From Pristiophorus japonicus (taxonomy: Eukaryota), in assembly GCF_044704955.1 (NCBI RefSeq), contig NC_091984.1, forward strand, positions 52,886,001 through 52,950,000: DNA of 64,000 bases, read 5' to 3'. This document shows positions 35,776-49,500 of this stretch, one piece after another. A model generated the notes under the pieces. It was not told the DNA's origin. It was given only the letters and a program-made list of their open reading frames with translations, and ran no database searches. How positions within the stretch are numbered: position 1 is the first letter of the stretch; each line of letters opens with the position of its first letter. A program made the position numbers and the translations under genes.

Positions 35776-38700
35776 TTCACTAACTGCTAGAAAACATAAA
35801 CTGAAACCATTTACTATGCCACTCCTTCTTCGGAGAGCAAGCTGCTCATCAGGACATCAATGTAACTTGTCTTTCTGCTCTCTTTCTCTAGATATGCTAG
35901 ATAATGCTGAGCCAGGGCCCACTTCACCCAGCCAAGCCGGCACTTCACCACACACACCCCTTGCCTTCCAAGTATTAGCTCAGATGCATCCAGCCCAGGG
36001 TGTTTAGAGAGTGAATTAGAGGGCAGTGCACTGGGCAAGACACACAGTACAAACATGCAGGTACAGCTAAGTTGTGGCATAGGAGAAGGAGGAACCATCA
36101 GTCCAGAGGGCTGCTCCCGCCTCCACATTAATCTGCGAGCTGCTACAGGCCCGTGCTAACTCCTCTCCTGTTTGCCTCCCCCGCTTCCCTGGATTTACCT
36201 GCAGGTTGCTGCCAGAGAGGGAGCCGGCCCAAGTTGGATGCTGGCAAAATGATGACCAGCCTCTGGAGACACAACAGAATCCAGCAGTTCATCGCTGTTA
36301 TTTAAATGATGCCTAAGGCCCAATTTCTGTTGAGCCTTGGGCCTCCTGGTTTCGGCGCAAAAACAAATTTCTACCCCTTAGAGTCTAATCACTTAAAAAA
36401 AAAGGCAATTTTCTCCTTCAGTACACACTGGGAGCACATGTTTGGAAATTGTGCCCACCCATCCATTGTTTTCCACCTATTAAAAGTTATGGTGGGAAAT
36501 CATTTGCTAGAGGTGCACAATTTATCGATAATTAACTCCCAGCATTCGTAGGGAGTGAGAAAATAGAAACGTCTCCTCATATGCCTTTAAGAGTTTCCTA
36601 TTGTGTATTTATTGTAAAATAAACGGTGAAGTGGGCTGTGAGATAAAGGTTAACCAATTGCTTCCTTTTATTCACAATTTGTAGAAACCCTCATTCAAGT
36701 GTAACATTTCTTAGAAAACTAGTTCTTGGATTCAGCTGCACATCTTTGAGGAGTGAAATCTGTGGTAGGTTTTAGCATTACCTTTTAATGTCTGGGACCT
36801 GAAAAATCCAAGACAGATAGCTGGGTGAAAATATTCTTTAAACATATCTGCAACACATAATTCTCCATAAATATGAACTAATCTCAGCATGGAAGGCCAA
36901 GTAGGAATCGACGGTGTGAAAATAACAATTTATTAACAAAGATCTTTTGGGACTAAGGGCAGACCATAGGCATCATGTGAACTGAACTCAGTGGGGTTCA
37001 TCTGCGATTCATTTTAAAACTGTATTTTGTTCATCATTATTTTAATATTTTATCTTGTTGAATGTTTTATGGGTGTGAGTAACATTGGGGTAGATTCTCC
37101 TCTCGAGTAGTGTTTGGGTGGTCAGCCTGCGGAGCGCATCCCTAGGGCGCCCAGTGCTCCTGGTGGGAGACCCTGTCTATTTTGAGGTGTTGTTCGTATA
37201 GGGATGGCGGGCTGCAGGTGATAAACCAAGCAACCAGGGGCAGTGCCCCCACCACACCACAATATCATGAATAATATGCTTATCAAAGTGAAAGATATCA
37301 GTGCTGGGGAATGGTAATTTTTTTGTGTCAATATTGATGAATCTCAGTGCTGCCACTGCACTGTGTAGGCTAATTGCACAGCAAAGCTCCCTGTGCTTTT
37401 TCCCAACAATGTGCTTGAAACCAACCTTTGAACAGTGTCCCTTCTGCACTGGTGTGAGTTTTCATTTTTCACATCAGCTATCCATTATGTGAAGTTTCGT
37501 GCCAATCTGACAGGGTTGTGGGCAGTTTTGTGCTCTGGACTTATGCTTCTAGTGGATAGCACTTCTAGAGAGCTGGCACGAGGGCAAAAGGAATCCTCCT
37601 ATAAAATTCTAGCATTCTATGATTTTATTACTGGAGTGAAACTCTCCAAACTCATTTTATGTGAGGCCCTTATACCCAGCCAGAGAGGAGACTTTAAAAT
37701 CCCTTCAGTTTAGATTGGATTCAATCGAGATACCAGAGGTGAATGGGCAATATTCTAACCCACTGTCCTACCTCGTTTCCATTTTATTTTTGACCCCAAA
37801 ACTCTTTTCTTTGGTAATTTGGTCATGGAGGCTCGGTACTTTCCTTTTTGCATTGAAAGCAATCATGACTAACAAATATCTTCATGCACATGCCACCTAA
37901 AAATGAAGACCTGCTTCTAGGAATACCTGCCTAAAAAGCTCTGTGGCTGTAAAAGTGGCACCCAGGGTTCATTTCAAACAGCCATGGCGGATCTGTGCAA
38001 TATTGCCCAGGGGATCAACTGCCAAGCATTTGTCTGGTCACCGGCATACTTCTGAGGAAAGCTCGGGAATTCATCCAGTTTGGCACATCAGCAGGGCAGC
38101 AACATGATAGTGCCATCCAGTTTTATTGCATTGCTGTGTTTCCCAAAGTCCAGGATCTATAAGGTGGGTAATCATGTACCATTGCAAGATCATACTGATA
38201 ATTATACAACTTCTTTCACAGAAAGGGCTACCACTCACTGAGGTACCCCAGGTTGTGTGTGACTAGATGTAAAGAATCCTTCATGTGAATGCTGGGTTCA
38301 TAGAATCATAGAATGGTTACAGCATAGAAGGAGGCCATTCAGCCCTTTGAGCCTGTGCCAGCTCTCTGGAAGAGCACTTCAGCTAGTCCCACTTCCCCAT
38401 CTGTTCCCCATAGCCCTGCAAACTCATTCACATGAATCCACACATGTATAAAGAAAATCTCTAGAGCGGGCACTACGGAGTCGCAAAATATTAATCATCT
38501 GTTAAAGAATACATCAGTAAGGCTTGGTAACATTGTAATTTTGGCTCCTCCAATAGTTCAATGAATTGAGGATAAGTACTCAATACTTATCCTATTGAGT
38601 ATCCAGTGAGTCATATAGATAAGGAAGATCACAGGTTCAACCATTGCTATAATGAGTTGGCTGATCTTAGACATGGTGGCGGCACGAGTGCTACAATTGA

Positions 38701-39649
38701 CCCTGAACACACTTGGGTTAATGGTCAGGATCCCTGTTCCTGATCATTTCCCAGCCACCCATGCTTGAAGCATCCTAATATGGGCATCAGGTGAGGCTAG
38801 GATCGGGCTCAGATATGAAGTCCACTGCAGTCAACTAGCCTTCTGGCACTCAGCATCAAAGCCCATGTGAACAATGGTCATTTGGATGAGGCACCAGAGA
38901 ATTCCCAGTGCCTGTGGAATCTTCCCCAACAAGGTGTCAGCATCTTCAGAGGCGTAGGAGAAGGGAGAAATTGGCAGAGGAATTTTTTGAGGAGAAGAGA
39001 AGACTTATGAAGAAATATTACCATGATAAACCTTAAGCAGTGTCCATCCATCAAGTTGGTAAGTGAATAAATTTCTAGTGCCATATAACAGAACAGGTTT
39101 AAATATTCTCTGAGTTTCAAAGTTAGTTTGTGCAGCCCAATAGTTATAGATATGTTTTAAGTTCATTATTTATTTTAATAAACAGAATAACGTTAAAAAA
39201 AATTCTATTGACACTCTTTATTCATATCTAATAATATTCCAGTTACTAAGGGCATAAGATAATTCAAGAGTTATAAGGGAGAAAGTCTTGACTCCAGAGG
39301 AATGGAGGCCATATTTGAAAAAAAAAAGATGGTCTTGTAAATTCCCCTTTTAAAGGTCCTTGACATTAATATTCTCACAGCATCAACAAATTCGGGGAAA
39401 AGGTCTCTGCAATAAAGGCTACAGTAGCTGCCAAAAGTTAGTCATCTCCTGGTGCTGCCTGTTAACAGCTTATTTTTACACAGGATTGACGGGGGCCTGC
39501 AATATTTTCTGCTCCTTAATCCCACTCTGAAGGCAGCTGAAAATCCTTGAAGAGTGCTTGTTTAACAAGGACTTAATTCTAACTTAACTTGAAATGAGGC
39601 GCTCCAGGGACTAGACTGTTTTCATGCCAGTTAAAAGGCTCTGTCCCTC

Positions 39650-39900
39650 AGTCTCTCTTTCTAATTCTCTCCATTTCTTTGAGCTTTTTGCACTCTCATA
39701 TCTCTATGTCTTCTTTCTTTCAATTCCCATTTGAAATACTATATCATTTTTAGTTTCTCCGGTCTTTTTTTCCTTTGTACCTTGCTCATTTCTTGCACGC
39801 AGATTTCTTTTATTCCCTCTCTTTTTCTTTCTGTCTCTCTCCTCTCTTTCCTTCCCCATTCTATTTTCCTTCTTGTTTATTTCCACTCTCTTTCACCCAT
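39650..39900. repeat. Long CT-rich low-complexity tract
   Basis: About 250 bp pyrimidine-dominated on +, immediately downstream (in gene orientation) of the 46-nt exon. Confidence 0.7.
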
Positions 39901-39948
39901 CTTTGACATGTCTCTTTCATGTTTTAATATTTACTCAGGCTCACTTAC

Positions 39949-39994
39949 CTTCACAGTCCCCTGGATTGTGCTGTCCTTCAACATGGAATGCTTA
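39949..39994 (-). CDS. RNF220: RNF220 coding exon (equivalent to mammalian exon 4), 46 nt, phase 2 to 0
   Basis: Minus strand tttcctgtttcttcaacAG|T AAG CAT TCC ATG TTG AAG GAC AGC ACA ATC CAG GGG ACT GTG AAG|GTAAGT = (S)KHSMLKDSTIQGTVK; aligns to recalled human SKNSLLKDAMAPGTPK with the same length; strong splice sites. Confidence 0.9.
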
Positions 39995-42900
39995 CTGTTG
40001 AAGAAACAGGAAATAATTATTTTATTTTATTGCAGTTCATGTCTTGCCCATTGTTCCAGTTAATTTTCTGCACGAGTTCTATTACAACATGCTAATGTTT
40101 TTTGTTATTCATAATATTACCCAGTATTATTATTTCTTAAATCTCCCTCCAGTGCAAACTGTTGCAAAGCACGTTGTAATTATTTATATGTAGTGCAAAA
40201 TAATCAAATGTGTGTTTTGGCAGTTTCTGCATAACATATCACACAATAAATTGCATCTCATCTGAAAGCACATCAGCTGTCCAAACGCACACATGTCAAA
40301 GTGACATTACTTCTGTTTAGCAGAAGAGAAAAAGAGAGAAAAAATTGGATTTCAAGATTATCGCCAGCCAGAGCTGTACAAGGTTTTGTCCATGTACCAA
40401 AATTCCAAGGTGTTTTAAATAGATTTAGGAGACTAAGTTGAGAGTTGCATTATAAAGGTCAGTTATCACATTGATTTAGAGGTCTGTGCAATATTACTTT
40501 GAGTCATTTGATAGCGCATTAAAAGAGATAGCATCCTTTCTATTGCCACCTCTGGGATCTAACTAAAAGCGATTCAAGGAAAAATATATAATCTGCTTAA
40601 CATAAATGGTTTGTGCCTATGATTCCCCACAAAGAGAATTCCTGAGCCAGGGGAGATGCAGGGAAAAAGTCAGTTGATTCTCCACATGAAGAGGACACTT
40701 ACTCTGAACACCTCCTGACAGGCAGTTACCGATCAGTAGTTGTTTGTAATTAAACAGGAAGACAGTTCAGCCGTTTCCTGAGTGTTTACCCATGCTGCTC
40801 TTGAATCAGATGCTAACGGGTCTGCTCCTTACACCCTCTTGGTCTTTACCCTTAAGCGATCATTGATAGAGATTATATTAGCATTTCAAAATCATTTGAA
40901 TAAATCAGTCAAAAACTTAATGAATAAAGTTGGATGACGATTTATAATTTTTGTCAAGCAAAAATTGCAATTTTTCAAAAGTATTCCTTCACAATCTTTC
41001 ACACCCCCCCCCCCCCCGCAACCTCCACAACTCCCACTTTAACCATTGATTAGTTGTGCAAACTCTAGCTGGTCACTCCCATCTATCAATCCCCATTTTC
41101 CAAGGGAACATATACTACAGCAACAGAAACGATATAGGCTAAACTATCATATTGATCACCACCAGTTTAACTGGAGAGAAACCTCAAAAAGATCACGGAT
41201 AACAAAAATGGTAATTAAAAATATATGTTTTAAAAACTACCCTCAGTTGCATACTAAGCATGCTGCTCCTTTCCAAAATGTTTAATTTATCAGAAGTATT
41301 CACTGATGAGGGATTTACACTAATATTGTTTCTTAAAATATATATATATTTAAATTATATGATAGCATTTATCAAAATATTTAAACAATTTCATACTATG
41401 TTCATATTTTTTCCATCGCAAAGTTGAAATATTTTATTTTTGCCGCATCTTCTGAATCTGCAGGGCTGAGCTGATGACCTGCCACCATGCCTCCACCAGT
41501 TCTACCCTTAAGCCATCTGCTGGGAAATGCACAAAGTCAACTGGAATTTCTTTCCTTCCCTCTGATGGAGACGTTGACCTATGCCCAGGGATTGCACCTG
41601 ATAGCACGGCCAAGACTGGAATGTTGTCCTGATAAGAATTAAACAAATAAAAACCTTTCCTTTCATTCCGTGCTGCAGCACGTTAGATAGAATGTGGCCA
41701 TGTTCTACAATCACATCATCCTTTATTATTACAGTCAATTTACTGCCGTTATAGAGATTGTACAAATAGCAGAAGTGATGACTTTTTTACTCAATGTGGC
41801 CATAATTTGGGCTGGAAACCTGTTAAAAAATGTGTAAGCTGGCAAAAACGAATTCAATTAATAGAAGTAAACAGCTAAAATAATTCAGCTAATAGGCTGT
41901 AGAGCGAAAGTGGTTTGGGATTTTCAATTTCTACTCATTTAGGACAATAATAGTATTCATTTATCAGGTATTCACATATATCCTTACAGTAATAATAATG
42001 ACAGAATTTGCTATACCTGTACTCTAAATTACTGGCCATGTTTGACTATTATATTCCATGCATTACAAAGATAAAACCTGCCACCTCCAGATATGTTCCT
42101 TTCTCTCAATATCAAGCCTGCTCTGCCATTCAATGAGATCATGGTTGATCTTCTACAACAACTCCACTTACCTGCACTATTCCCATATCCCTTGATTCCC
42201 TTAATATCCAAAATGTATTTCTTGTATATATTTTTTTAGACAAGACTCCCCTTTTCAAGATGATTATTTTTATCTCTGTGCCTTTCTTGGTCTCAACGCA
42301 CTGCAAACTGAGGCCGTTGAGAGGGTGATCATGTGACTTGCTCCCAGGTTTCTCACGTACAGGAGAGTGGCCTCCAGTTTTCCTTGTGGGGAAAGTGCTA
42401 GCTTTCATCTAGTACCTCTATACCACAGCACGCCTGAGTGTGTGGGAGAGGGGGTGGGGGGATCGCAGTACTCCAAGGTGCAGCATGTTGTTTTAGGCAT
42501 GGCACTGCCATTCCCTGCACGTTCCATTTTCTCTTCTCTAGGTATCACCATGCCATACACATACCCAAAGATAAAATGTGCAGGAGACCTCTGCCAATCT
42601 CATTCTGTCATAGATTACCACAAGGTTTGTAAGAGAAACCTCAGCAGGTTATTTCTACCTCTACTGATCTCTCTTTCTCTTTAGTGGAAGCACCTGGTCT
42701 TTCTTCAGTGCCTCCTTATGGAATAAATGAGATTAGGAATTTACAGTTTGTGGAATTACTGGTGCAGATCCAATGTACTCTGTGTATGTGCACTGAGGTA
42801 CTACATCACTGCGGCTCTTAGAAGGTGACAGCAAAATAAATGTTGTAATCCGACAACTATAATACAAGCAGGAGAACATCTACTTTACAGGTTTTGCAGG

Positions 42901-45508
42901 GGGCAGTTATCAGGCAGGAGAATAGTATTAGGACTCGCCCAATGCTGTCTTCCACAATAAGAGCTTCATCCCTTTAACCAGCCTCTGGGCAAAGTTTCAT
43001 GCGTAGATCCAGCTAGAAACTTTCACACTGTAAAGCACCACACAATCAACACTACGCTAAAGAAAGGCGTGCAAAATACTGGCAGAGTAATAATGACAAA
43101 TGGACAGATGTGTGTGATAGATTGTGACAAAACATATTTGGAACCGTTCCGGGAACATTCTTTTTTTTATTAGTTTTCTATAAAACGGATTACTAACCTT
43201 TAGAATGTATTAATCTGTATTCTAGCCAGGAAGAATTTTCTTATTAATTACCCTGAAGTAAAACTCTTCAATTATACATTTAAATTATTGAAGTTTCAAT
43301 CTAATCTCTTATGAAATTTCCCCTTTTAGACAAGTTCAATTTGAAACAATTATATATCTTTAGAAAATGAGTTGGAAATAAATTTTTTATTAAAGTAATT
43401 ATGCAATGGCAGATGTACATTATTCTTTTACAAACGAAAACAGAGCACTGAGAAATAATGATTTTTTTTGTCACATCAAATTTGTAACTCTTTTCTCCTC
43501 CTTTCTTCATCATAGCACTTAACTGCTGAAAGATGTAGACGCTATAACATGCATCTATCTACTTGAGAATGTATTGTACAAAAATTACATACTTATAGCA
43601 CCAATGCCATCAGCCTCAGGGGGAAAGCAGCTTACTATAAAGGCCAGATCTTAACTGCATCCGCCTTGCAACTTTGGGAATGACTGATTATAAGGCAGCA
43701 AGTATTAAAAAGCATTGCTAAGCGCTGGTCGCCAATAAGGGAAGACAGATCAAATCATATCTGTGCTGCAGACACTAATATCCTAGGCTGCAAACAGGGA
43801 CATCAATACATTTTTATGAGACTTTGAAAAGATCAACACAGTAGATGTGACAAAAAACAATGCTCCTGTCATGTTCAGTTTGTCCGCAGTGCTCAGCCAC
43901 AGATGCCTAAGAGTATGTCAGCGGAGCGAAATTTAATTTTACAAGATTAAATCCACCTTCATTTGGCAGATGGCCGGATGCCTTGAAATGAGCACTGAAG
44001 GTGTCTCTTGAAGACATGCGGTGCTAAGCTCCTCCAGGACATTTTGTTTTAAAGCAGCATACAAACCAGAGAGGCAGAAAGAAGCGTCTAATATAAAGCA
44101 AGACTAATGCAATAAATGCATTATGGAAATGGAGAGTGTTATTGAGACAGAGAGAGGGAGAAAGAGAGAAAGAGGGGAGTGTTCAAATATAAAGTGGATT
44201 TGGAATTTCTTGTCTCCCCAGTCATGCATCTTGCTTTTCATCATGTTTATAATGCAGCCCGTGTGAGGTTTTTTTTGTCTTTCTTATAATCCAGTTTGCA
44301 GGATTTAAGGAAATAAAATCCCAAATCCACATACTTCTAAGGGAGCAGAGGGTTTACAATCTGCCAGTGACAATCCGAAGAAGTCAAAAAGAGACTAACA
44401 GTTTGACAAAAAAAAAAGGAAAAGAAAAGAAAAGGTACAAAGTGGAACAAATAGAAAAGGCAGATTATCTCTTTTTCTATAGAGTTGTTGTGAAACCCAG
44501 AGGACTGTATAGTTGAATGAGAGAATAAAAAGAGAGTTCTATGCTGTCTGGGAGGTGATGTCAACTCTTCTGATAATTAATCCACTGAAAACAGAGGGAC
44601 AGATTGTGCTCGTTTGTCAGAATTCAGCTTTTTGCAAACGTCTGTAAAAGCATGTTATGTATTTTGTCTAATAATGTCAATGATACTTCGTGTAAAATAG
44701 ATCAAAGTTAAACCAATTAAAAATGATAAGGGCTTCTTTAACCTTTGGGCTGCTGATCATTCCTCACAAACTAGCATTCAACAAAGTCAATAAATTCTTT
44801 GAAAAAGGAAAAAATCCTGTATTTAGGTTTGTTTTTATTTTCTCAGGGAAATTATTGACTTGTTTTCAGCACTGTAGAGTGAAGAAGAAATGACTAATTG
44901 AAAACCACAAATTTTCAATGCGTAACCAATTGAATAATTGGATTTTGGACTGAAAGTTTCATATTCAGCGATTCTCCACCATGTATCCTGCTTATAACAC
45001 AGGGGTGGGGATGAACAGCAGCACTTTCAATCACTTTCTTTAAATTATTTTCTTTATTGTCCTTTTCTCTAAGGGTGACGTGAGGCCACAGCCCAAGGAA
45101 CATAGCTCGATTTCAAGTGTTTAAGTCCCTGTTGTATTCAACAAGCTTCGGGCCCACTTTTGTTGTATAACAATACTGCAGTGTCCCGTTTCTAATGATC
45201 AATATAATTAACTTTCCAGTCAATTTTATGCATTCAGAGTAAGCCACCCTGGGATCTCTGTGACTAAGAGATCATATAAGACTAGAAGGTACACACATAC
45301 CATAATATTCACTCACTGACAATGTCGCAGCACCCCTACTTTCCTAAAGACCAATGGAACCATAGAACCACAGAGGTTTACAGCACAGAAGGAAGTTATT
45401 TGGCTAATTGTATCTGTGCCAGCACTTTGCTAGCGTAATTCAAAACCAATTCTTCTGCCTTGTTTTCTCCTCATCTACCACCTGTCTGCCCAATCCACTA
45501 AACAGTGT

Positions 45509-47000
45509 GGGGGAGAAATTGGGGTAGTTTGTGCCTCCCATTAGCGCACCCAGGGAGTGCTAACGGGGCGCAAACGACTTTTCACCCTGGCGTGGCGCTG
45601 CTAACGACTCCCGCTAACTTCTGCGGGAGTTTAGAGGTGGCGGTAAATGGTCGCGCCCCACTCCGCTGTACCGGCGAGGACGACGGCATCACCGTGTGCA
45701 GCGACCCGTTTTCGCCCCAGAGCAAAAGTTCGTGATCAACCCCTGAAACTGCGACGGGCGATGCCAGAGATAGCTTCAGGGAGAGCGTACATGGCGGCCG
45801 GCCGTTCGCGGGGCACTAGTTAAAGGGGAGATGGTGTGCGCGTCAATAAAAAAATCGGCCGACTTACTTGTCGTGGCCCGTTGCCTCCTTGAACGCGGGG
45901 TTCATGCCGAGATTTGGCAGCCCAGCACGCCGCTCGAGCGCTGGGCTAATGGCGCGGCACCTAAGGCCTCACAGAATCTGCAGCTTGGCCCTCCCCTTTG
46001 ATGAAGGGGAGAGCCCCTTCTACGCGGCAGCGCTACATGCCTTGTGCAGGAAGTCCTGCCTCACGGATGTTACCGCACACAAACAGGACGTTATGTAAGT
46101 TCCCGGTCTATATGTCTTCCTGAAGTTTCTTTACAGTCGTCCTCAAAATTTCCAAAACCCCCGGCTGTTGCGTCGTCAGCAAATATCAAGATTGTGCTCC
46201 CTATATTGAACCTCAAATCAATTACATATATATTGCTACCAAAAGGAGACCCAGCACTCACCCCTGGGGTAGACCACTTCCAACACTCTCCAGCCTGTGC
46301 AACACCCAACTCCTTGATTCCTGTATATCAACCAACTTTCTATCCCTATTGCTACACTTTGTCTTATTCTGCATGCCTGGATTTTTCCAGGAGTTTGAGG
46401 AGGGTCATGCCCTGCGGTTAGTACCCCAGGCCGCCTTACAAGCAGCAATGACGTCATTGGCGTGCGCGCCAACCCCTCACCACCCCACACCAACCACTTA
46501 CTGTCCCACGGGGGAAATTGCCCTGCGGGCAGCGAGGCTGGAGCGAGCGGATGTCAATGCCAGCAACGCGGGTCGCGAAGCGTCCCGGGCCACCACTATT
46601 TTTGGATTGCCGACTCTTAGGTCAGCTCCAGCATGGCGGCCCTAGCATGGTCTGGGCCACCATCGTACAGCCTGGCACTCCGTTTTGGATGATGGGCTAC
46701 AGGCCCGGTCCAACACTGCCCTGGTGGCCTAGTGGAGGCCATCAGAGGCCTTGCAGAGTGCGCAGAGGCCCTCCCCTTTAAGCGAAAGGGAAGGGCTTTG
46801 AAGCGCTTCACGTGGAGCATCTGCATCGCGCTTCCCTCACCGCCTCAGTAGCACCTCGATAACCACCCCCAAAGGAAGTGGATCGCGTGAGATTGCGCTC
46901 CAGTTCCTTTGAGGTGGGGTAAGCTGAATTCAGCGGCGGAGAACGTGCCGGCCCCAGATGGTTACCACCCCCAATCGGGGCACAGGACAATTTCACCCCC
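45509..47000. mobile_element. Harbinger-type MITE(s) enclosing a CR1 RT fragment (about 46165-46400)
   Basis: Termini GGGGGAGAAATTG / CAATTTCACCCCC; both ends homologous in reverse to 58435-59121; internal minus-strand peptide PFG..IYVIDL...IFADD. Confidence 0.65.
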
Positions 47001-48660
47001 TTAAATTTGTGAAATACTACTTGCATTTAATAGATTTGTGCTGGTTCTCTTTGTTTAACCCATGCATTTCTTACTAATTTGATCTCAAATTATGAATTCC
47101 AAGGGTTTATTCACAACTGATATTGGACTAATTGAGCCATAGTTTCCCAAATTATCCTTACCTCCCTCCTTGAACAAGGGTGTTATATCAGCTACTCTCC
47201 CGTCCCATGGCACCATTTGTATATTTAAGGAGGATTAAAAAATTGCTCCTGTGCATCTGCTATCTCCTCTCTGACTTCTTTCAACAGCCTAGTAACATGC
47301 AATCGAGGCCCAGTTACTGAACCATCTTGATCCCTGCTAATATTTTCAGAATCAGATGTTTTCCTGTGCTTATCTGTAACAGAATGTAAATATGCTGTGG
47401 CCATTATCTACTCATTGTTTTCCTACATTCACATCAATTATTTGCCTCAGTTCATTTTCCAGGACTAAATCAAGCAAGGCTTTTTTCCTTGTTAGACTAA
47501 AAACTTCCTGATCTGGGAAGTAGTCCTGAATGCATTCTGAAAAGCATTCCCCACTTTGAATTAGTTATAGCTACTATATCATGGGGGTGAAATTGCCCCC
47601 CTTCTTTAAGGGATGGTAATGGGGCGGTAAGGCCTTTCCGACCGGGGGCAGATGGATGGTCTGACTCATCCGAAATTGCCCCCGGATCGGGGGTGGCGAA
47701 AACGGGCACGCGCCGACCCCTTACTGCCCGGCGGCGACCCCTTCCCGCCCCGCGAAGGAAATTGCACTGCAGGAGCGGAGCTGTCGCCACTCGGTGCCCC
47801 TGACAGCTTTTCCTTTTAAAGAGACTAATTTCCCTCTATTCTCCGCCCCATGGATTCGGGCAGAGAATATTCATTTAATTTGAATTATCCGCCTCGTTTG
47901 GGGCGGAGGGCAATTTCGGCCGGCATAATTCTCCAGTCGTTAATGCTTCAAACTCTCATTTTGTTTTGAATATACTTACTACTCAATTCTGGCTCCAATT
48001 TTTTGGAATGTTGACCTTTATTTTTTTCCCCCTGGTTTTCTCATTTCGATTTTTGATATAATTTGTCCTCTCTGCAAGTGTTTATATCCCTCACTACCTC
48101 ATAGTCTATTTCTTTGCTTTTCTCGTATGATAGTATTTTCTCACTATTTATTTCAATTAACTTTGCTGCTTCTATTCCAATAGTTTTAATAATCCTTTTG
48201 TTCCTCTCTCGTCTCAAACCTACACTTTCTCCTGCCCCCTGCCGTACTAGTTTAGATCCCCGTGCCGCTGCTCTATCTACCATTTCTGCAAGGGCATGGG
48301 TGATGCTTCGGTTCAGGTGAACGTCCTCCCTTTAGTGTAGCCTTCTCATTTTCTCGAAATCTCTCCAGTGCCCTAAGAATATGAAGCTTTTCTTCCTGCA
48401 ATCACACATTGACTGTGTTAATTTTCCTCCTTTTAACCTGTCCAGCGTGTGGCACAGAAAACAATTTGGATATTGCCAGCCTTGTGGCTTTGTTTTCCAA
48501 TCTAGTGCCTAAATCCATAAACTCGCGCTGCAATAATTCAAATGTACCTCTATCTATGTCACTAGTTCCAATGACATTTGGCTGCTCTCCCACCCTTTCC
48601 ATGAGTTTTTTTTATACTTTCACCTGGCATCAGGGAGGCAGCCACCATTCGAGACTCCCA
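47001..48660 (-). mobile_element. Old CR1 LINE body (RT, endonuclease and ORF1 esterase remnants), interrupted by a MITE
   Basis: ORF 48402-48602 EQPNVIGTSDI...LQREFMDLGTRL...AIS.L.SVPHA resembles the CR1 ORF1 SGNH esterase; RT-like DNA near 47130-47290. Confidence 0.65.
47583..47923. mobile_element. Harbinger-type MITE
   Basis: GGGGGTGAAATTGCCC / GGGCAATTTCGGCCGG termini, apparent 3-bp TSD CAT. Confidence 0.7.
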
Positions 48661-49199
48661 ATCACAACTGCAATAAAGGCTCTGTATAGTCATGTCCATA
48701 GCCTGCAATGTACTCACTAATATAACAGCAAACCATTGTCTTGAAGTTGTAAAGATTTCAAAACATTTAACAAAATCATCTAAATTATTGATACAGTTAG
48801 CCTTAGAACACTGTTTTGGGTTTAAAATTATAATTGGGTATCATTCAAAATATGAGTTAAGGGAATGATATTTTTGGAACATATATAAAGAGCCACAAGC
48901 AAATGTGTTATATCAGAGATATTTTTGCAAAAGTATGTTAAGAACTGGACTACTGAAATGCTTAATGTATTTGTATGAATTCCACCAAATTTGGCCAGGA
49001 CACCGGGGATAACGCCCCTGCTCTTCTTCGAAATAGTGCCATGGGATCTTTTACGTCCACCTGAGAGAGCAAACTGGGCCTCGGTTTAATGTCTCATCCA
49101 AATGACGGAACCTATTTAAAACATGTAAAGGCAGGGGAACCTCGACTAATCTCTTTTCTGTTGATGTCCTTTTCCCCTTCACAATTAATTTTCTTATTA

Positions 49200-49500
49200 A
49201 CAAATATAATGTTCGTTCACAGTAAGGGGTGAATAAAACAATGGGTGTTGTATCAGAGGTCATGATATATCCAAAAATGTTAGAGAGAGGACATTTTATG
49301 CGTTTCTGTGTAGTGAGGAACTCATAATCAATGCGTGTTATACCTTGTGTTATGATATATCAGAGAGTGTAAGAGGGACCGGCTGTTTGATAGGGTTCTT
49401 GTTGGTGAGGGACCCATAAAGAAATCTAAACATAAACGAAGGTTGTAATAGATCAGTGTTATAGAGAAGGGAATGCTCAGAGCTAAATGTTCAATAATGA
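49200..49500 (-). mobile_element. Possible ancient L1/Tx1 endonuclease remnant
   Basis: Minus-strand peptides TRIDYEFL and IMTSDTTPIVL resemble the L1 EN motifs SRIDY and SDHxPI. Confidence 0.4.

Noticed and set aside
36782-36798. Possible 17-nt microexon (tttttcAG|GTCCCAGACATTAAAAG|GTAATG)
   Set aside because: Frameshifting length and a short pyrimidine tract; expected by chance in 64 kb.
40270-40312. Minus-strand acceptor after a long pyrimidine tract
   Set aside because: Stop within 13 codons in the required phase and no clear donor.
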